NCBI RefSeq assembly: GCF_964355755.1 | Contig: NC_092672.1 | Span: 32,432,437 to 32,496,436, forward strand | Source of the DNA: Antedon mediterranea | Lineage: Eukaryota > Animalia > Echinodermata | Reading direction: 5' to 3' | DNA: 64,000 bases | Shown here: in pieces, positions 51,776 to 63,502 of the stretch | Position numbering within the stretch: position 1 is the first letter of the stretch | Layout: each line of letters opens with the position of its first letter | Notes under the pieces: generated by a model | Database searches by the model: none | The model's input: only the letters and a program-made list of their open reading frames with translations | What the model was told of the DNA's origin: nothing | Made by a program: the position numbers and the translations under genes

Positions 51776-54050
51776 CAGTGGCGTATCCAGGATTTTGAAT
51801 TGCCAATTTGCCGACAAAATTAGTGTCATTACCTGTACATGTGGTGATCAATATAATGTTCTAGGATTGCATAATAGTCATGTTGTCTTTAGGGATAACG
51901 ATGCAAAATTAAAACCAAATTAAATATTATCTGTTAGTATGTTGTATTAATATTACAATAAAGAAAGAATTAGGGAAATCTGACTTGTAGTTTTCGAAAT
52001 ATAGGGTCTAAAATATCGCCGAAAATGATCGTTTTTAGTCACGAAAGAAGTAAAACAATTTGCAGCCTCACAGTCGACAATTGTGTTAACTATGCCATTT
52101 TTGGTTAAAATAATTAGATATAATTACGTTTTTTAGTAATTTATTTTATATATCATCATTGGAAACATCAATAAAACATTACATGTTTATAAAATATATA
52201 TAAGTTGTTTACTTAAAGTGGAGCTACACTCAGACTTTCTCAGCTTATATTATGTTTAAGTATGTTTAATTGAAAGTGATTACATAAAAAAAACCAGGAA
52301 AATACGGAAATATTTTCCAAAAACTCATTTCTAAAAAATCGGTCAGAAAATAGTGTTATTTAACAAATTACAGTTTTTCAGTAACTTAGGGGTTATTAGT
52401 TTACAATACGTCGCGAAACGCGTTACACTTAGCGACTGACGCGTTTTAGTCGCTGGTCAACGCATTGTGGAAATGTCTTCCCTTTGGTAAATTATGTGTC
52501 GAAAAATGGGGAATAAATTTTATACACACAATTAATACGATTTGTTTAGGCCTAAGTAATATTTCCGATAAGAATGTCAGTATAATTTACATGTAACCTC
52601 ATGATTTTCACTGTACAACAACAGCATAATAATCTTATCAGATTGCTTTTAACTTTAAGCTAGGGCTAGGCCTAGCTAAGCCGTCTGCTCAGCCTAGCTA
52701 GCCTTGAATTTTTGTCTAGAGGCCTATGTATTCATAGGCATGGTCGTTTCGCCCCATTTATCGTTCCTGGGTTACATACCTACACTCTAGTAGGCCTAGC
52801 TTTATTGAATATATAGCCACATCTTTCTCAAATCTCGTTAAATTTGACATTTTAGTAATAGTCTCATAATCACATTATTACACTGTGAAACATAATAGGG
52901 TCACATTCAGAATGTTTTAATATACTTTTCGCCCGTCAAAAATAACATCGCGACAAAATAACAGATTGCCAGCTGCAGTAGTGTGATTGTGAAAAATGTC
53001 ACGTGATCGTACTCCCTAGCAAAATAAAAAACCCAATTGGACCCGAACGGGGGAAAGTGTCTATTTACGCAAAATTGCACAATGTATACGTGATAAAAAT
53101 ACCAGAAATAGAAAGATCTGGAAAAATTACATAAATAAACATTTTACATTTTTTTTTTTGGTGAAGAAATGAATTTTTTAGGATTATTCCAATATACCCC
53201 CCTTTTGCATGTAAAAGTATAGGAAATTACAAGGTATCCCCCCAAAACGCAAAAAGGCGTGATTTTCAAGAAAATCGTACTCATTGAAAAAAATTTCAAA
53301 AAAATATTAAGTATAAGGGATGATATTTTTAAATAATAGTTGAAATGTATGAAAAATAGTAATTTTCTGGGTGGAGCTCCACTTTACTTAACGGAATTCG
53401 GACAAATTCATTGCTCTAAATTTGTGTAGTAACGATCAGAGAGTGACTTCACGGTACACGTGTGAGAGAAAACATTCCGCTGCGGGTGATTCGCATCCAC
53501 CAATCAAATCAGTCAGAATCCAAAATCATTCAACCGTGAGCAATGCCGATCACGGAATAGTTCAGCTTTGATTGGCTTATGATGACATCATATCACAAAA
53601 TAGTGGTTTTGTAGTTGAGCCTCACGGAATATTCACAATTTTGTTTCAAAAATGAAATATACAATTTGAATAATAAATGCCACATTTTTTGGCACTTATA
53701 ATAGATATATCTTAGAAAAAAAAGCACATGGCATGTGGAACTATATTATCTTGGCGTAGGAAGACAAACAAAAACAAGGTTGAATAGGGTAAAGTCACCG
53801 GCGGACCGTTCGAAAACTTTGAGTAAACAATCTAGCGCGTACGGCCATACGTGCTAGATGATAAGATATTTTAACCACATTTTTTACGTGTTTGGTGATG
53901 TAAGGAAAATAAAAAATAGTTGATCTGAATGGAAATAAAACAAACACTCAATATAATAATATTTGCCTAACTTTACGCAATGGTGTGCCGATGGCGGACG
54001 CCAGAAAGGAGGGGGGGCGGCCCCCCTGCCCCCAACTGGATACACCACTG
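51776..54050. mobile_element. hAT-like non-autonomous element in the putative leader intron of Ig copy 1
   Basis: TIRs CAGTGGCGTATCCAG / CTGGATACACCACTG; 8-bp TSD ATAACCAT at 51768-51775 and 54051-54058. Confidence 0.88.
52217..53383. mobile_element. Kolobok-like element nested in the hAT element
   Basis: TIRs AGTGGAGCTACACTCAGA / TCTGGGTGGAGCTCCACT; flanks TTAA / TTAC. Confidence 0.7.
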
Positions 54051-54504
54051 ATAACCATAATGTAGTCCTACAATTCAATATTTTGAGATTAAACACAAAT
54101 GAGATGTCATCATCAGAAATTTATTTATTTTTATACTTAAGTTGATTAGTTGAACTTTCAACATTTCAGCTTTTTGTTTTTTGATTTTGATTGTCTTTTA
54201 TGTATTAACACTTTTATAAACAGTACTGACTTTGAAAGTGGATCAAAGATATACATACTGTACATTATATAGCAAACAAAACATAAAAAACATACAAACA
54301 CATTGCAAAGAAAATACAAAATACTAACAGTTAAACCGCTACAATAAAAGGCAAACAAAATATAAAAAAAATAAAATAGCATTTATTTATTTTTTAAATG
54401 TTGTAAATACATTCATAATTTTATAACAAACACTTGTTTGTTTCCTTTTCATATTTATACATATTAATAGTAATACATTGCATTTTCAGATTACAATTTG
54501 AAAA

Positions 54505-55434
54505 ATGAGGAAAGCTAGATGTATATACAGTGTCATACTTATCATTGTACTATTTTGCTGGAAAGGTTGTGCTGTGAGATTTGTTCATCAACCAATGGAC
54601 TATTCAACAGTAGAAGGGAGAGAAGTATATGTAAATTGTATCTTTACAGATGTCCCAGAAGACATGAAACGTAACTATGATGTCATGTGGACCAAAAATA
54701 AGTACATTATCAGTTATCCAAGTAATGAATTTGACCTCAAACGTATTACTATTCACAATCGATATGACTATGACCAACACTTTGTGAGGATAGATCCAGT
54801 CAAGAGGGAAGATGCAGGAAGTTATCGTTGTTATTTAAAATACCATGGTAATATTCTGCTTACTTCAGGTATTGGGGAGCTTACTGTGCGTGAATTACCA
54901 TCACAAGAATATCCTATTGTTCGATTTACAAAGTCAGCTTACAAGATTGGAGAAGAAGTCCTTGTGACATGTGTGTGTGAAAAGACAAATCCTATACCAG
55001 AGTTAAAGTGGGACGCAGCATCTCAATTTATATTTACACATGATAACTGGCCAATGAAATCAAATAATACACATATTTGGATTGAAGAATCAGAAACAGC
55101 AACTATCTTTACAAATGGCTCTCGCTACATTTGTAGACTGAAAGTAAAAGATGAAGTTGCTCCAAGATATGCTGAAAGCAAACCACTTTACGTTGAACAT
55201 TTTCTGGATACAACAACTGCCTTGAAATCACCAGAAACAAAACCTGTTACCTCCACACCTGCTTCAACGGCACCAAAAGTATTGGAGACAATTGATCCCT
55301 ACTACTTCATGACCATAAACCTAATCATTACTCTTTTGATGTGCTTAATATTGGGTATTATTTTTTATTTTACTTTATATAAGTATAAAAAAGGCATGTG
55401 TAAAGAGGTCAAAACTCGGGAAGAGGAAGTATAA
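54505..55434 (+). CDS. IgSF type-I membrane protein, copy 1 (signal peptide, V-set, C2-like, S/T stalk, TM; tail truncated by early stop)
   Basis: Signal peptide; V-set C..W..DAGSYRC; second Ig C..NPxPxLKW..YIC; TM followed by KYKK. Acceptor ttttcag at 54488-54489. A frameshifted remnant of the copy-2 tail continues to 55803. Confidence 0.85.
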   Translation: MRKARCIYSVILIIVLFCWKGCAVRFVHQPMDYSTVEGREVYVNCIFTDVPEDMKRNYDVMWTKNKYIISYPSNEFDLKRITIHNRYDYDQHFVRIDPVKREDAGSYRCYLKYHGNILLTSGIGELTVRELPSQEYPIVRFTKSAYKIGEEVLVTCVCEKTNPIPELKWDAASQFIFTHDNWPMKSNNTHIWIEESETATIFTNGSRYICRLKVKDEVAPRYAESKPLYVEHFLDTTTALKSPETKPVTSTPASTAPKVLETIDPYYFMTINLIITLLMCLILGIIFYFTLYKYKKGMCKEVKTREEEV

Positions 55435-55803
55435 ATGCTAATAAACAAATACCAATACTATCCACAAGCAGATCATACTTGGCCCCGGCCTCCCACTAAA
55501 TTTGAAAATATACAATACAAAAGATGAAACGACAAATAATTTAATAATTTGTAGGCACTGTCCCTTTACAGTTACTGTACACTAAATCCTGGATCTTCCA
55601 CTGTTATAACTGACCGGATCATACTTCGTCCAGGACCTCCCATAGATTTCAAAATATCCAATGGAAAAGATAGGGAATCTAAATTCACATTATATAGGCC
55701 TTGTCCTTCTACCCAATATCAAAATCATGGATTATCTGCCAATGCCAATACCACCTCAACACTGAGGCATCGGACTAAACGTCCTTTAGAAGAAATCATA
55801 TGA
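55435..55803 (+). pseudogene. Disabled cytoplasmic-tail coding remnant of Ig receptor copy 1
   Basis: Aligns to 60370-60719 of copy 2 through LRHRTKRPLEEII*, but lies after the TAA at 55432-55434 and carries small insertions including an 11-nt frameshift at about 55569-55579. Confidence 0.85.
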
Positions 55804-57270
55804 GCCTAAGCCCAGCGGTGGCGCTACAATCTTTTTGACTGGAGGAAATTTCGTGCAAAAGACGAGCAGTCTAAGCGATCAAAGCACTTGCCTGGAGCCT
55901 GCTAGGCATTCCATGGATTCAACTACAATGATATTGTTTATGTGATAAAATAATTTTAATAGAATTTTTTTGTTTAATTATACAATGAACATTTGACCAA
56001 AAAACATAATGTACATAGTATGATAAACTCTTTTCAAATTTACTGCAATATTTTACAACTTTGTTATACTCCTATTGTTATAATTCTTTCTTTATTTTAA
56101 TATTGATACAAAATATTAACAATGTATGCTATTAACTTTGTTACATTGTTATCCCTAGGTTGTATAGGCCTATACTAGTAGTATGTGGACCAGGTCATTA
56201 GGTAATGCTCCTACCCTGGAATATGTACATAACATATATTGTAGTTTAGTTTATGATTATATTTTTGTTCTGTACAGTAGACCAGACTATATTTACACAA
56301 AATGTTTACTACTGATCTGAAGAAAGAAAAATGTTTAATTTTAAAATGTTGAGCAGCGTTTTTTGTAAATAAGAAATATTTCTTGTTTATTTGATATGTT
56401 GATTCTGGTAATTCACGTTCCAAAGATACTTTAGTTAAACAAGGCAGTAGAATAGTAGGCTCTCAACAAACTAAACTTGATGTTATATAAAAGGAACTAA
56501 ATATTATTTTAAAAGATCACTTCACAATAAATTTGATAAAAGCAGATGTAGTGACAAAACAAAACAACTATATTTTTTACAGTCACATATTTTTATTTAT
56601 ACTATTATGTGTATTAGTTTTTTCTTTTTGATTGAATTTAAAATTAATTAGAATAATTTTAAATTATTATAAATCTGCAACTTGACCTTAGTAACATTGT
56701 TTTGATATATATAGATATTGTAATGTTAATTTGAATTGTGAGATAATGTCTTTTTATATTGTTCCTAATTGTACATATATTATAATCTTTTGTGTAATGT
56801 TATTTGGAATGCCGTGCTGTGGATGTATTAAATTTCAATCCATTTTTAAAATGATTTAAATATTACAATATTTTTATATTACTAATTGGTAATATATTTT
56901 GTCTATATTTGTTTGATGTTAAAATTAATAAAACAATGAGAATTTAATTTCTATTTTGACGTGAGATGGGAAAAACGTTTTTTTTTTATAAATAATGAAT
57001 GTAATCCAACTTTTTGTTTATGATACGTAGTTGTGCATTGTGACTTAGGCACGAATTAATGAAATTCTATGATTGATCATAAATCAAAGCCTAAAAGGCA
57101 TTTTTTACTCAAGCTGAAAAAAAGTGTAATTCATATTTTTTATTATTATTTTTGTTTAAAAATTGGGTAAACCACAATAAGTTTCAGGCATCTAAAAATT
57201 TAAAATGCAAAAAAATCAATTTCTAATCAATTAATTTTGAGCATTGCAAAATTGTCAAAATGACAACATA

Positions 57271-58123
57271 CCGTATATTTCGGTGTATAAGTCGCACTTT
57301 TGACACGCAAATTTGACCTCCAAATTAAGGGTGCGTCTTATACACCGAACATAAATGCCTCACCACACAGATTGTACATAGGCCTAGGCTACCGTCACCT
57401 CGTTTGCTAGGCCTGAGTAGGCTAGGCCTAGCTACAGTAACTAACTAACGTAACGGCAACCTGCTTCTGCCTAGGCTAGGCCTAGTTTTCAAGTCATTTT
57501 AGCATGATGTTATACTAAATATGATGAAAAGATTTGTTCATTATGGCGCTCCGATAAAATTTCATTTGTAAACGTTTACGTCGTACGATTGGAATAGTAT
57601 TTATTTATACAGTAGTTATACGCACGATCGCCGTACCCCAAGCGCAAGCCCTTCTTTTGGTGGCACATGGTGTGCGGTATTCGACTAGTATATTCTCCAG
57701 GTGATTATAGCATGGACCTAGCGTACACACTTCTCGGATACATAGATACTAATCGAATACGATTGTCCGTGAAAACGTGCGCCCTCTCGAAATGATCGAG
57801 CGAGGCTAGCCCACACACGTGCGTGTTACACACACGGTCATGCACTCGATGTTGCGGCGAAACTCATGAATAACAAGTTAGAAAGAACTTGTTGAGGCTG
57901 GGCGCGGCCGAGCCTAGGTAAGAAAAAACCTAAATAAAGGACGCCGTTGTAGATATAACAAAATATATTATCACAATAATATTGATTACAATTTAAAAAA
58001 ACATTGTTTTGATGAAATATAAGGTGCGTCTTATACATCGACGATATAAAAAATACCGATATTTTACTCTCAGTTGGGGGTGCGTCTTATACACAGGTGC
58101 GACTTATACACCGAAATATACGG
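57271..58123. mobile_element. Tc1/mariner-pogo-like MITE with perfect 27-bp TIR
   Basis: CCGTATATTTCGGTGTATAAGTCGCAC and its reverse complement; TA TSD; subterminal GGTGCGTCTTATACAC repeats. Confidence 0.88.
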
Positions 58124-58262
58124 TAGCGTGGAAAGACCGTTTTTGCACTTTTTGTTATTCATATTGTTCTTGATAATTCCTTTAATTTTCACAGCCTAAC
58201 ATTGTGCTCCCTATTTTTTACATTTTCTCCCGGATTACAAAAATAACTGAATTTTGACTAGA

Positions 58263-58378
58263 TTTACAAATGGCTCTCGCTACATTTGTGCACTGAAAGT
58301 ACATGATGAAGTTGCTCCAAGATATTCTGAAAGCGAAGAATATTCTCTTTATACAACTGCCGTGAAATCACCAGAAAC
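58263..58378 (+). pseudogene. Isolated fragment of a further Ig receptor paralog (end of second Ig domain and stalk)
   Basis: Translates FTNGSRYICALKVHDEVAPRYSESEEYSLYTTAVKSPET, paralogous to copies 1 and 2, with no flanking coding sequence. Confidence 0.85.
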
Positions 58379-59438
58379 CTGTATATGTGTTGTTTTCTGC
58401 ATTAAAATATAACAAAAACCACAAGCGAATTTACAATATTTAAGTCATTGTGCAACCATCCAAACGTGTGGCAAGCAAATTTTGTTAAATCAGTTTTTAT
58501 CCGGTTCATCAATGTATATAGGATTGGAAAAAATGGCCATGACTTAGGCCTTTACTAGCACTTTCACTGATGTTCTCTGTTTAAAAAGGTCACTTCATGA
58601 AAACAAACCCCCTGGCTACTAGCTTGGGTAGGTGATTAAATTGACGTCCAAAAAATGGAATTTCCCACTTGTATTTAACAATGAACTATGCGCCAAAACT
58701 GTCCATGTGCCCTAAGTCATCGGTTCCCAATTGTGTGTACACTACTAGAATAACACAGGGCAAAACTGAAAATGTAATCAGTTTTATAGATTCAAAAACT
58801 GCAACAAATGATCAAATACAGGCCTTCCCTTAATGATGTTCACTTCGTCCGTGATATCTAAATTGCATGTGGTACGTCGGTATATAAAACAAATAGCTCA
58901 TGGGATGTTTGAACAACAAAGTTCATAGTCTACTTTAATTTTAAATCGTTTCTATTCACAACATTCAGTTTTGTTACAGTTGTAATATTTTGAGAAAAAC
59001 AAGATGATGTCATCATCAGAAAAGTATTATTTTTTCATACTTTTTAAAGTTTTTTTGTGTTTTTATTTATTTCTGTCTTTCATGTGTTAACACTTTCATA
59101 AACAGTACTGATTTTGATAGTGGATCAAAGATATATACATATACTGTACATTATATAGCAAAGAAAGCATTAACATACATACAATTTACAAACACATTGC
59201 AAAGAAAAATTCAAAATATTAACAATTAAAATGTTCGAATAAAAGGCAAAAAAAAAATTAAATAGAATTTATTTATTTATACTTTTTTCATTTTGTAAAC
59301 AACATACATATTTAAAAAAAAACATTTTTTGTATGTTGGTTGACTTTTTCATGTATAATAGTTTTAACTATTAAAATAGATAATTAATAGTAATTAATAC
59401 ATTGTATTTTCAGATTACAATCTGAGAGCAGAGTCAAA

Positions 59439-60719
59439 ATGAGGAAAGCTAGATGTATATACAGTGTCATACTTGTTATTGTACTATTCTGCTGGAAAGG
59501 TTGTGCTGTAGAATTTATGTATGAACCAATGGATTATTCAACAGTAGAAGAAAGTGAAGTATATGTGAATTGTATCTTTATGGATGTCTCAGAAGACATG
59601 AAACATAACTATGATGTCTTTTGGACCAAAGATGGGTACATCATCAGTTATCAAAGTAACAGATTTGACCTGGAACGTATTACTATTCACAATCGATATG
59701 ATGATGCAAGACACTTTGTGAGGATTGATCCGGTCAAGAGAGAAGATGCAGGAGATTACCGTTGTCATTTAAAATACAATGGCAATGTCCTGCTTACTTC
59801 AGGTATTGGAAAGCTTACTATTCGTGAAATACCATCACAAGAATATCCAATAGTTCGATTTACGCAGTCAGCTTACAAGATTGGAGAAGATGTCCTTGTG
59901 ACTTGTGTGTGTGAAAAGACAAACCCTGAATCAAAGTTAAAGTGGGACGCAACATCACAATTTCTATTTACACATGATAATTGGCCAATTAAATCAAATA
60001 ATACACATATTTGGATTGAAGAATCAGAAACAGCAACTATCTTTACAAATGGCTCTCGCTACGTTTGTGCACTGAAAGTACAAGATGAACATGCACCAAG
60101 ATATGCTGAAAGCGAACCACTTTACGTCAAATTTCATGAAACAGCAACTGCCGTGAAATCACCAGAAACAAGACATGTTACCTCCATATCTACTTCAACG
60201 GCAACAAATACAAAAGTAAAAGTATCAGAGAGAATTTATCCTAACTACATCAAGACCATAATCTTTACTCTTTTGATATCCTTAATATTCGGTATTATCT
60301 TTTATTTTATTTTATATAAAAATAAAAAAGGCACGCAAAAAGCAAAGGTCAAAACTCAGGAAGAGGAAGAATTAATTCCAACCATCCACAAGCAGATCAT
60401 ACTCGGTCCCGGCCTCCCACTAAATCTTGAAATATACAATACAATAAATAGAACAACAAATAAATTAACAATCTTTAGGCATTGTCCCTTTACACTAAAT
60501 CCTGGATCTTTCACCGATATAACTGACCGGATTATACTTGGTCCAGGACCTCCCATAGATTTCATAATGTCCTATGGAAATGATGGGGAAACATTAAAAC
60601 TCACATTATTTACACCCTGTCCTTCTACCCAATATCAAAATCATGGATTATCTGCCAATGCCAATACAACCTCAGTGCTGAGGCATCGGACTAAACGTCC
60701 TTTAGAAGAAATCATATGA
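59439..60719 (+). CDS. IgSF type-I membrane receptor, copy 2, full length (426 aa) with about 130-aa cytoplasmic tail
   Basis: Intact ORF with the same architecture as copy 1. Acceptor ttttcag at 59412-59413; AAAATG start context. Confidence 0.9.
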   Translation: MRKARCIYSVILVIVLFCWKGCAVEFMYEPMDYSTVEESEVYVNCIFMDVSEDMKHNYDVFWTKDGYIISYQSNRFDLERITIHNRYDDARHFVRIDPVKREDAGDYRCHLKYNGNVLLTSGIGKLTIREIPSQEYPIVRFTQSAYKIGEDVLVTCVCEKTNPESKLKWDATSQFLFTHDNWPIKSNNTHIWIEESETATIFTNGSRYVCALKVQDEHAPRYAESEPLYVKFHETATAVKSPETRHVTSISTSTATNTKVKVSERIYPNYIKTIIFTLLISLIFGIIFYFILYKNKKGTQKAKVKTQEEEELIPTIHKQIILGPGLPLNLEIYNTINRTTNKLTIFRHCPFTLNPGSFTDITDRIILGPGPPIDFIMSYGNDGETLKLTLFTPCPSTQYQNHGLSANANTTSVLRHRTKRPLEEII

Positions 60720-61584
60720 GCCTAAGCCCAGCGGTGGCGCTACAATCTTTTTGACTGGAGGAAATTGAGTCCAAAAGTCAATGAGAAGCAGGCTAAGCGA
60801 TCAAAGCACTTGGCTGGGGCGTGCTAGGCATTCCATGGATTCAACTACAATGATATATTGTTTATGTGATAAAATAATTTTAATAGAAGCTAATTGCTAA
60901 TTTTGTTGTTTAATTATACAATGAACATTTGACCAAAAAACAAATTACCGCAACATTTTACAACTTTGTTATACTTCTAGTGTTATAATTCTTTCTTTAT
61001 TTTAATATTGATACAAAATATTAACAATGTATGCTATTAACTTTGTTACATTGTTATCTCTAGGTAGTATAGGCCTATACTAGTAGTATGTGGACCAGGT
61101 CATTAGGTAATGCTCCTACCCTGGAATATGTACATAACATATATTGTAGTTTAGTTTATGATTATATTTTTGTTCTGTACAGTAGACCAGACTATATTTA
61201 CACAAAATGTTTACTACTGATCTGAAGTAAGAACAATGATTAATTTTAAAATGTAGAGCGGCGTTTTTTGTAAGAAATATTTAATATGTTTACTCTGGTA
61301 ATCCACGCTCCTTTAGTTAAACAAGGCAGTGGAATAATAGTCAACTAAACTTGATGTTATATAAAAGGATTTAGTAATTAAAAAACAAAATATTATTTTA
61401 AAGATCACTTCACAATAAATTTGATGAAAGCAGATGTAGTTTACAAAACAAAACAACTATATTTTTTACAATCACATGTTGTTATTTATACTATTATGTG
61501 TATTAGTTTTTTCTTTTTAATTGAATTTAAAATTGATTATAATAATTTTAAATTATTATAAATCTGCAACTTGACCTTAGTTAA

Positions 61585-61783
61585 AGATGTATTCATGCAC
61601 AAAAAATGAAGATCAAAATATTCTAAATTTTTAATTGGCCATATCAAAGTAATATTAAAGTTATTCACTTTAAGTCGAAAATTCGAGCCGGTTAATAACT
61701 ATTATGATACTTCAAAATGACCCACTTTTTTCGAAATATTTTGTTTTCATTTTTTTGGAATTAGTCAAAGGGACAATACATCT
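61585..61783. mobile_element. Short Kolobok-like MITE
   Basis: TTAA-AGATGTATT...AATACATCT-TTAA; absent from the paralogous site at about 56690 after Ig copy 1. Confidence 0.8.
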
Positions 61784-62592
61784 TTAACATTGTTTTCATA
61801 TAGATATTGTAATGTTAATTTGAATTGTGAGATAATGTCTTTTTATATTGTTCATTGTACATATATTATATCTTATACATAATTTTATTTGTTCTTGATA
61901 ATTCCTTTCATTATTACCCACAACATACACTATGTAAAGCGAAACTTTAAAAGGTCCCAGAAGCATCAAGGGTTTTAAAATATGCGCAGTTTTCAAGTTA
62001 CACACTACTTTTGGACACAAAACTATCATTGTAGAACCAGTTGGTAGGTGGTTAAATTGACGTCCTAAAAGGCAATTCCTCACTTGTATTTTAACAACTA
62101 TGCGTCAAAAGCATCTTTGTGCCCCGTCGTCGGTTCCCAATTGTGTGTACGCTCAGCTCGCATTAACAGGGAAGAAAGCTGTATATAAAATGTAATCAGT
62201 TTTGTAGATTCGACAAAACTGAAAACATTTCCCATCTAGATCAGTGTACAATTTGTTAATAAAAGTTTTAGCATCGGAAACAATTTTGCGACCCATCAAA
62301 TTTTTTTTGCGACTCATAGCTTGCAGAAAGGCACTGTAGACTATTTTGGTGGTAATATTTTGTTTTTTTTACAACAAAAATTGTTGTTATTTTACATGAC
62401 CTAATATAGTCATATTTGGACAAATACAGGTGGAGAAAATTACCCAGTTTAAACTTGCAGACAAACCCGCCATAGAACAATACAAAGAAACAAATAAAGT
62501 ATTCTTTGGGAATATTCATTGCAAATCTGGAAGTAACAAACTATGATCTGCCCTTACACTTACAGCCGAATTGTATGTGGTACGGTATATAA

Positions 62593-62710
62593 AGCGCTGT
62601 CTACACTATCAAACTAGTTTGACAAAAAAAAATAATGTGCCCAAATATGGTAGTGACATGCTCAAATATGGTAGTTATATGATATCACCATGTCTATTTT
62701 TGTCACAGAA
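62593..62710. mobile_element. MITE family A partial copy
   Basis: Left TIR; absent at the paralogous site (about 58885) upstream of Ig copy 2. Confidence 0.75.
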
Positions 62711-63502
62711 CTTAAAACAAATATTTACTGGGCTTTTATCAAGACAAGGTTCAAAATACAGTCTCCAGATCTGACTTTGGGCTATATTTTGAACCATGCC
62801 CATCAGCCTATTAAGAATTTGTATAATAATTAACTTTGATGATAGCTAAATTGGAATTATGTAAATAATAATTCTTTCATGTGGGTTCAAATGGGTTGTT
62901 TGATTTTGCTCAATTTCATAACAATATTTGGCTAACTATGCCATTAAAGTAAACATTACCATCTTGTGACAAATCATATTGGATTTAACTGAGTTGGTAG
63001 ATGGTGTTGCAGCAAAGAGTCAACTGAATCTTCTAAACTAAGGTATGTGCTAACTTTTTACATAAATTATATTAATTATTGTACATCCTTCAAACTTCTA
63101 TTAGTATTACTATTAATAAGGATTCATCATTTAAAAAACTACCTTATTGCTACTAGTGCTACACATTTTTAAAATTGGAAAGAAAAAATACATTAAAATT
63201 GACACAAAATTCAGTTTGATTAGCAACATTTACTGAACTTTCAATATTTTTGATCAACTATTAAAAAAACCCTGTTTTTTATGTCTTAAAACTTTCATAA
63301 AACTGACTTTGAAAGTGGATCAAAGATATAACTCCTATATATATATATATACCCTAACCCTAACCCCCATACTGTACATTATATAGCAAACAAAACATTA
63401 CATACATTTTGTTAAACGAACAGTTTTTGTATATTGGAATAGCCTTTTCAATACATTATTAATAGTAATATTGCATTTTCAGACTACGATCTGAGAGTCA
63501 AA

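Noticed and set aside
54505-59840. Claim of dN/dS above 1 in the V domains
   Set aside because: My rough count shows many amino-acid changes but does not demonstrate a ratio above 1; formal computation is needed.
454-62774. Most 60-110-aa ORFs in the track
   Set aside because: They overlap MITEs or SINEs, are antisense to real exons, or are low-complexity, and many start at non-ATG codons.
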